IMG/VR virus record: IMGVR_UViG_3300013131_000021
Length of the DNA: 64,000 nucleotides
DNA from: a virus
Strand: one strand, 5' to 3'
A program made the translations under genes and the position numbers. Below, one piece after another: positions 58,332 through 64,000 of this stretch. Numbering within the stretch: position 1 is the first letter of the stretch; every line of letters begins with the position of its first letter. The notes beneath the pieces were generated by a model. That model was not told the DNA's origin, ran no database searches, and saw only the letters and a list, made by a program, of their open reading frames with translations.

Positions 58332-60047
58332 ATGGACGCAAGAAATAATATAGCTACTGATCTATTCTATAAAATAAGAAGCAGATTTTCTGGATTAAAG
58401 TTAGGTGCTGAAACAGGACAAATTACTATCAATCCCGAAGAGGCAAGATTCTTTGACTTTGATTATATGGAAGGTCAAAAACCCATCGGACACGTTAGTA
58501 TTAGCCTAGCTGAGCCTAATTCCATGAAAGTCTATTTCAGCCATGGAATCACAGAAGGCATGGATGATACGCAAAAAACCAGTTGGTATGGTTTTTTAAA
58601 AGAACTTAGACACTTTGCCAAAAGAAGATTATTAAGCTTTGATACAAGAGATATTGCCAAGGATAATTTAGATCGTAGAGATTATGAATTCTTAGTACAA
58701 AATTCTCAATCAAAGCAAACAGAACCAAACACAATACAAAAACCAGTCGGAGAAAGCGTTATGAACGAAAGCTCAATGTACGGTAGCAGATTAATGAGCT
58801 ATCAGAATTTGATGGATACTAAATTAATTATCAAACATAGCCAAGCAGTTATGGATGACACGCAACCGGGCGCTAGAACACGACATATCTCTGCGCTGTT
58901 CGTCGAAAATCAAGACGGCGAAAGATTTAAATATCCTTTCATACACTTAGCAGGCGCTCGCGCTATGCAGCGTCATGTGGCCAATGGCGGTGTTCCGTAT
59001 GATGATATCGGTAAGAGTATCGTTAGGATGAGCGAAGAAATCGCACAGTTAAAAAGTTTTGGAAATTATGTAGTTAGAAACGATCTTATGAATTCTGAAA
59101 CGAATGGTGTTGTTGAGCAATCAACAGCATATCTAAATAGCCTAAGAGAACAAATCAAGGCATTAGCAAAACAAAGTCATTATCAAGCATACAGAGAAAA
59201 TTTTCAGGCATACGACAGCGAAGAAGTACCACAAGATGTAGTAGAAGATTTCAAAGAAAAATTTACAGTAAGAAGTTTTAAAGAAGATATCGCAAGCGTA
59301 TTTCCGGTCTTGTATAGACTAATGAAAGAAGGAAACACGATAGGCTATGACGACATAGTCGCAATGACACAAGAAGAACAAAATAACGAGGATGTTCAAT
59401 TAGAAAACGAAGAAACAGCTGACGTGTTTGAAAAGTTTGAACAATGGATAATGTCTTTAGGTGAAGACAGTGCGATAGTCAGCCAAGATCCAGAAGAGCA
59501 ACAGGCAGCAATTAAAGAATTACAAGAATTAGTTGGTCAACATTTTCCTGCAGGCACAGATGGAACAAATGCTATAGAAAGTTTAAAAGGTATTATAGAA
59601 GATGCCGATTTATATTCTCAAATAAAAGAAGCATCGAAACAAGATCCAGATACATGTGTACGAGGTTTAGTAAAAGATTGGTTAGAACAAAATGTACCTG
59701 AAGTTGTAGATCAATTAGATTTTGGTGATTTTGTCGAAGAGCCGGCCGCAGATCAAGGAGGTGACCAAACTGCTCCGGAAGAAGAACCACAGATGGCAGA
59801 TATGGATCGAGAACAAGAACCGCAAAAATTAAATGTCCAAGAACTAGCAGAATTTATAACAAGTTTCTATGATAAAAATTCAGGCACATTTCCTAAGGGA
59901 CCAGAAGGTGTTTGCACAATGGTAGGCAAAAAATTTGGAGAACAGGCTGCACAGGTTGCTCGAAAGTTTGTAGAGCGTATGGCCCCACAACAACAAGATC
60001 CACAGATTGCAGAATTATCACGTATTAGAGAACTAGCAGGCTATTAA
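58332..60047 (+). CDS. Large acidic hypothetical late protein (571 aa)
   Basis: TAAATA-N5-ATG at 58332 (start reassigned); long ORF; acidic C-terminal half. Confidence 0.75.
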   Translation: MDARNNIATDLFYKIRSRFSGLKLGAETGQITINPEEARFFDFDYMEGQKPIGHVSISLAEPNSMKVYFSHGITEGMDDTQKTSWYGFLKELRHFAKRRLLSFDTRDIAKDNLDRRDYEFLVQNSQSKQTEPNTIQKPVGESVMNESSMYGSRLMSYQNLMDTKLIIKHSQAVMDDTQPGARTRHISALFVENQDGERFKYPFIHLAGARAMQRHVANGGVPYDDIGKSIVRMSEEIAQLKSFGNYVVRNDLMNSETNGVVEQSTAYLNSLREQIKALAKQSHYQAYRENFQAYDSEEVPQDVVEDFKEKFTVRSFKEDIASVFPVLYRLMKEGNTIGYDDIVAMTQEEQNNEDVQLENEETADVFEKFEQWIMSLGEDSAIVSQDPEEQQAAIKELQELVGQHFPAGTDGTNAIESLKGIIEDADLYSQIKEASKQDPDTCVRGLVKDWLEQNVPEVVDQLDFGDFVEEPAADQGGDQTAPEEEPQMADMDREQEPQKLNVQELAEFITSFYDKNSGTFPKGPEGVCTMVGKKFGEQAAQVARKFVERMAPQQQDPQIAELSRIRELAGY

Positions 60048-60068
60048 CAGTTTTGTCGCAGTGAGATT

Positions 60069-60092
60069 GGGCACTTCGGTGCCCTTTCTTTT
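60069..60092 (+). terminator. Rho-independent terminator
   Basis: GGGCAC-TTCG-GTGCCC followed by TTTCTTTT. Confidence 0.85.
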
Positions 60093-60183
60093 GGCCACAA
60101 AGTCAACGCAAATGTTTATAAGGCGTTATATATATATACGCACAGCAATTTCGCTGTCGTTAATTCAAAAAAGGAGATTTCAT

Positions 60184-60372
60184 ATGAAATCAGTAGTCGC
60201 TCTAGTAGCATCATTGTTTGCAGTATCCGCTTTTGCACAGGCACCTGCTGCACCAGCAAAAAAAGAAGAAGCTAAGCCTGCAGCCGCAGCACCTGCTAAG
60301 GATGCCAAGGCCGCTGACAAAAGCGCCGCTCCTAAAAAGGACGATAAAAAAGCCGAAGCTGCTAAGAAGTAA
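60184..60372 (+). CDS. Small secreted Lys/Ala-rich protein (62 aa, signal peptide)
   Basis: AAGGAG SD; MKSVVALVASLFAVSAFA|Q is a Sec signal peptide with an AFA cleavage site; mature part is low complexity APAKKEEAK. Confidence 0.8.
   Translation: MKSVVALVASLFAVSAFAQAPAAPAKKEEAKPAAAAPAKDAKAADKSAAPKKDDKKAEAAKK
60291..60358 (+). repeat. 68-bp exact direct repeat, copy 2 (copy 1 at 9228-9295)
   Basis: Base-for-base identical to 9228-9295. Confidence 0.95.
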
Positions 60373-60559
60373 TCCACTTAGAAAATCCTTATTAGTCAGA
60401 GGTAACTCCACTGGGTTTCTAATCGACGATGAGGATATTCTAGTAAGTTATCGCAGACCAGAAATAGTTAAAGACTTAGTTGATAACGATGATGATCTAA
60501 GTGATGACATAAAATGGAAATTATTCTTAGCTAGACAGTTAGCTTTATTAAAGTACAAA

Positions 60560-60587
60560 AAAAGTGGGCATGACCCACTTTTCTTTT
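60560..60587 (+). terminator. Rho-independent terminator
   Basis: AAAAGTGGG-CATGA-CCCACTTTT followed by CTTTT. Confidence 0.75.
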
Positions 60588-60611
60588 GGCAAAAAAATAT
60601 TTGAAAAGATA

Positions 60612-60661
60612 TTGACCTTGCTAAATAAAAAGCGCATAATAGTTGTTATGCGAAAGGCATA
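60612..60661 (+). promoter_or_regulatory. Nested sigma70 and late promoters for gp32
   Basis: TTGACC 60612-60617, 17-nt spacer containing TAAATA 60622-60627, CATAAT 60635-60640; downstream hairpins. Confidence 0.8.
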
Positions 60662-60694
60662 CATTTTATTTTACAGGCATAAGGAGGCTATAAA

Positions 60695-61666
60695 ATGGCA
60701 ACACTAGCAGAAATTCGTGCAAAACTTCAAGAAGCACAATCTAAGAGCACTGGCTCTACATCAGGCGGCGGCGACAACGCAATTTACCCACATTGGAATA
60801 TGCAAGAAGGCAAAGAAGCCGTAGTACGTTTCTTACCTGACGGCAATGCCAACAACACTTTTTTCTGGGTAGAACGTGCGATGATCAAACTCGAGTTCGC
60901 AGGAATCAAAGGCGAAACAGACAGCAGAAAAGTACAGGTGCAGGTGCCCTGCGTAGAGATGTACAACGACGGTTCAGTTTGCCCTATCCTGTCAGAGGTA
61001 CGCGGTTGGTTCAAAGACAAGAGCTTGGAAGAAAAAGGTCGCCAATATTGGAAAAAGCGTTCATACATTTTCCAAGGCTTTGTTGTTGAAGATGTACTCA
61101 AAGAAGAAAACACACCGGATAATCCTATCCGTAGATTCATCATCGGTCCTCAGATCTATCAAATCATCCGTTCGGCATTGATGGATCCAGAATTGGAAGA
61201 GTTGCCAACTGACTTCCTCCGTGGTGTCGACTTCCGTATCGCTAAGACATCTAAAGGTGGCTTTGCTGATTACTCTACTTCAAAGTGGAGCCGTCGTGAA
61301 CGTGCTCTAACTGATGTTGAAAAGGCAGCGATTGAAACTCATGGCTTGTTTGATCTGTCAGCATTCTTGCCCAAGAAACCTACTGATGTCGAACTCAAGG
61401 TAATGAAAGAAATGTTTGAAGCTTCGGTGGATGGAGAAGCTTATGACATGGGACGTTGGGGTCAATATTTCAAACCAGCAGGCATGGGTCAAGCTACTGG
61501 CGATCCTGTCGCCAGAAAAGCTAATGTATCAGATGACGATCATTCAGCTGAACAGTCGTCAACTAATCCAGCTTCAGCTCAACCTACCCCAGAGACATCT
61601 AGCAGTGATTCTCCTAGTCGTGCGCAAGATATCTTGGCAATGATTCGCAATCGTCAAAAGCAGTAA
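60695..61666 (+). CDS. gp32: Single-stranded DNA-binding protein
   Basis: AVVRFLPD, PC.EMY....CPI, YWKKRSYI, RRFIIG.QI, G.DFRI.K, acidic tail. Confidence 0.92.
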   Translation: MATLAEIRAKLQEAQSKSTGSTSGGGDNAIYPHWNMQEGKEAVVRFLPDGNANNTFFWVERAMIKLEFAGIKGETDSRKVQVQVPCVEMYNDGSVCPILSEVRGWFKDKSLEEKGRQYWKKRSYIFQGFVVEDVLKEENTPDNPIRRFIIGPQIYQIIRSALMDPELEELPTDFLRGVDFRIAKTSKGGFADYSTSKWSRRERALTDVEKAAIETHGLFDLSAFLPKKPTDVELKVMKEMFEASVDGEAYDMGRWGQYFKPAGMGQATGDPVARKANVSDDDHSAEQSSTNPASAQPTPETSSSDSPSRAQDILAMIRNRQKQ

Positions 61667-61672
61667 TAATAT

Positions 61673-61719
61673 GACCCGGACCTCTGAGACATAATTCTCA
61701 TCGTCCGGGTTCTTTACTT
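61673..61719 (+). terminator. Long imperfect hairpin/terminator after gp32
   Basis: GACCCGGAC..TGAGA-CATAAT-TCTCA..GTCCGGGTT followed by CTTTACTTT. Confidence 0.65.
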
Positions 61720-61731
61720 TAGGAGATAATT

Positions 61732-62226
61732 ATGGCTAACTGGAAAGTATCACCTTACTTCAAAAAATCCTGCGAAGAACATGAGATCTATACTAAAGAT
61801 GATCTTACTATCAGAAGAAAAACTGGATACCGGGGTGCTAGTTTCTACGTTGAAACCACAGACGACAATTCTCCAGAATTTGAATTTGATTTTGTGCCTG
61901 GCGGTGATGGTCGTAAAGACAGTATTAATATGTACGACTGTCTAGGTTCCAATATTGAAAACGTAGAATTAGAAAGTATGTGGGACGGCTGCTGGGAAGA
62001 TATTGAATTTCCAGAAGATATGGATGAAGAAGAACAAGAACGTCTCCAAGAGCTGTTTGAAGAAGAAGGCGTCTATGAAGTCCTAGAAGGCAACGAAGGA
62101 TGGAGTAATTACGAAACAGAAGCATGGATATGGGGCCCAATCTTAATCGAAGATGAAAACGGCAACCAAATTCGTATCATCGTCGCAGATGAAACCGGCA
62201 ATGTAATAGATTATAAGGAAGAATAA
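61732..62226 (+). CDS. Highly acidic hypothetical protein (164 aa)
   Basis: AGGAG SD; Asp/Glu-rich; between gp32 and UvsX. Confidence 0.75.
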   Translation: MANWKVSPYFKKSCEEHEIYTKDDLTIRRKTGYRGASFYVETTDDNSPEFEFDFVPGGDGRKDSINMYDCLGSNIENVELESMWDGCWEDIEFPEDMDEEEQERLQELFEEEGVYEVLEGNEGWSNYETEAWIWGPILIEDENGNQIRIIVADETGNVIDYKEE

Positions 62227-63303
62227 ATGGCCAAAGCATTTGATATTAGTAAATTTAGAAAATCAATAACAAAAAACATAGAAGGTCTAAGTATAGGTTT
62301 TAACGATCCCACCGATTGGATCTCCACTGGAAACTATGCTTTAAATTATCTAATAAGCGGAGATTTCAACAAGGGTGTACCGCTGGGCAAGGTGACAGTA
62401 TTTGCTGGAGAATCCGGTGCAGGAAAATCGTATATTTGTTCAGGAAATTTAATCCGACATGCACAACAACAAGGAATTTATCCTATATTAATTGATAGTG
62501 AAAATGCTTTGGATGAAGAATGGCTTAAAGCATTGGGTGTAGACACTTCAGAAGATAAGCTATTGAAACTTAATATGGCGATGATTGACGATGTTGCTAA
62601 AACTATCACAGAATTCATGGGCGAATACAAAGCAATGCCTGAACAAGATAGACCGAAGATTCTGTTTGTAATTGATAGTTTAGGTATGTTGCTTACACCG
62701 ACAGATGTAAATCAATTTGAAGCGGGAGATTTAAAAGGTGATATGGGTAGAAAGCCTAAGGCTCTTACGGCGTTGGTCCGTAATTGTGTTAATATGTTTG
62801 GTAGCCATAATGTTGGATTAATTGCCACAAATCACACATACGCTAGCCAAGATATGTTTGACCCAGATGATAAGATCTCGGGAGGTCAAGGATTTATCTA
62901 TGCAAGCTCGATTGTCGTAGCCATGCGCAAGCTCAAGCTAAAAGAAGATGAAGATGGCAACAAGATCTCCGAAGTCAAAGGCATCCGTGCTGCTTGTAAA
63001 GTTATGAAAACAAGGTATGCTAAACCGTTTGAAAGTGTGCAGGTAAAGATTCCCTATGAGACTGGCATGAATCCTTATTCTGGACTAACTGATCTATGTG
63101 AAGCAAAAGGACTTTTGTCTAAAGATGGCAATAGATTATCATATACTAGCAAAGACGGAGAAATTATTAAGGCATATCGAAAAGAATGGGAAAGAAATGA
63201 AAACAAATGTCTTGATACTGTGATGTCAGACATTTCCAATCACGGTGAAAAAACCGTTTCTGAGATAATTAATACAGTTGAGTCAGAAACGGAGGAAGCT
63301 TAA
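62227..63303 (+). CDS. uvsX: RecA-like recombinase
   Basis: ISTGNYALN...SG, GESGAGKS Walker A, IDSE.ALD, VIDSLG, ISGG.G..YASS, KTRYAKPF. Confidence 0.95.
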   Translation: MAKAFDISKFRKSITKNIEGLSIGFNDPTDWISTGNYALNYLISGDFNKGVPLGKVTVFAGESGAGKSYICSGNLIRHAQQQGIYPILIDSENALDEEWLKALGVDTSEDKLLKLNMAMIDDVAKTITEFMGEYKAMPEQDRPKILFVIDSLGMLLTPTDVNQFEAGDLKGDMGRKPKALTALVRNCVNMFGSHNVGLIATNHTYASQDMFDPDDKISGGQGFIYASSIVVAMRKLKLKEDEDGNKISEVKGIRAACKVMKTRYAKPFESVQVKIPYETGMNPYSGLTDLCEAKGLLSKDGNRLSYTSKDGEIIKAYRKEWERNENKCLDTVMSDISNHGEKTVSEIINTVESETEEA

Positions 63304-63536
63304 TGAAAGAAGATTTAATTGCAGACTTGTGGTCAGTGATTGTCGAACACATACCAGAAAAACAACGTGCATTGGTAGCTAGCGATTTTATAAACACACT
63401 AATGGATTATGGTATTAAAGAATCTACCCTGGATAGTTTGCTAGGTGTAGACCCATATCTGGACAATGCGATAGAATATGTAATTGACGGTGATGATATT
63501 TCGAATGATGAAGATTATTACGAAGATGAGGATTAA
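63303..63536 (+). CDS. Small acidic hypothetical protein (77 aa)
   Basis: TAATG overlap with uvsX; acidic tail. Confidence 0.7.
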   Translation: MKEDLIADLWSVIVEHIPEKQRALVASDFINTLMDYGIKESTLDSLLGVDPYLDNAIEYVIDGDDISNDEDYYEDED

Positions 63537-63992
63537 ATGAATTGGTATGATCGAGTTTCTAAGGATATCTCTCAGATACCAGATGCTGTAGCATACTATG
63601 AATCTGAACTCTTGGCGGCGAAAGCAGATACTCGCATAGCGGGAAATATAGAAAAGGCTGCTGCCAATATGCCCGGCATCGTAGAAAATCGATTTAATCA
63701 ACTTCAAGAGATTGAAGGTATTTTAGAATATCTCAATATCGAACTTCGTAGACTTCGCAGTCAACATTTCCGAAAATATCTTGAAAACTATCAACGAGCT
63801 TTGTCTTCTAGAGACTGTGAAAAGTTTGTAGAAGGCGAGGCTGATGTCGTAGACTTTGAAAAAATTATCAACGATTTTGCCCTATTAAGAAACAAATGGT
63901 TAGGCATTATTAAAGCATTAGACATAAAGCAATGGCAGGTTTCCAACATTGTTAAATTAAGAACAGCCGGTCTTGAAGACGCCACTCTTTAA
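63537..63992 (+). CDS. uvsY: Recombination mediator
   Basis: All-helical; YLENY.R.LSSRD.EKFV.GEADV..F...I......K......KALD.KQW...N.VKL.TAG pattern; adjacent to uvsX. Confidence 0.8.
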   Translation: MNWYDRVSKDISQIPDAVAYYESELLAAKADTRIAGNIEKAAANMPGIVENRFNQLQEIEGILEYLNIELRRLRSQHFRKYLENYQRALSSRDCEKFVEGEADVVDFEKIINDFALLRNKWLGIIKALDIKQWQVSNIVKLRTAGLEDATL

Positions 63993-64000
63993 GTAGCACG

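Noticed and set aside
60061-60183. Upstream GTG start for the small secreted protein
   Set aside because: It runs through a terminator hairpin; ATG 60184 has a strong SD and yields a clean signal peptide.
4204-63985. Numerous antisense or alternate-frame ORFs in the track (for example 4204-4599, 6882-7622, 8502-9092, 12555-13271, 19204-19659, 36175-36519, 60784-61143)
   Set aside because: They are shadows of well-supported genes; their Ser/Pro/Ala-rich translations follow from the sense-strand codon bias.
1-64000. CRISPR array, tRNA, rRNA, integrase, reverse transcriptase/DGR
   Set aside because: No regularly spaced repeats, cloverleaf structures or corresponding protein motifs were seen. 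Repeats in the giant genes are degenerate protein repeats.
1-64000. Stop-codon reassignment
   Set aside because: Core genes are full length in the standard code, and TAA, TGA and TAG all terminate genes (for example TAG at 53973-53975, TGA at 248-250).

Overview
This window is a 64-kb segment of a large, AT-rich, lytic T4-like myovirus genome using the standard genetic code. No integrase, tRNA, rRNA or CRISPR array was found. Gene order: 3' end of the gp55 late sigma factor, gp47/gp46 (Mre11/Rad50), a small GIY-YIG nuclease followed by about 470 nt of densely base-paired non-coding DNA, putative internal head proteins, a gp26/gp51-like baseplate-hub pair, tape measure, the head module (gp20, core proteins, gp21, gp22, gp23), a 23-kb fibre/adhesin module with two giant paralogues, three oxygenase/cupin-like genes, neck genes gp15/gp14/gp13 with an HNH homing endonuclease, dNMP kinase, gp18/gp19, gp4, gp16/gp17, and gp32-UvsX-UvsY. 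The main second-look items are: (1) the candidate large structured ncRNA directly behind the GIY-YIG gene; (2) a T-TTT-TTC slippery site plus hairpin that would fuse the gp26-like and gp51-like ORFs by -1 frameshift; (3) a 68-bp exact in-frame duplication shared by the tape measure and a small secreted Lys/Ala-rich protein 51 kb away; (4) apparently leaderless late genes (TAAATA-N4/5-ATG); (5) a recurring YLAE|S prohead-protease motif and T4-like capsid-targeting N-termini; (6) a sialyltransferase-like gene inside the head module. Family calls rest on recognised motifs and synteny, not on database searches.
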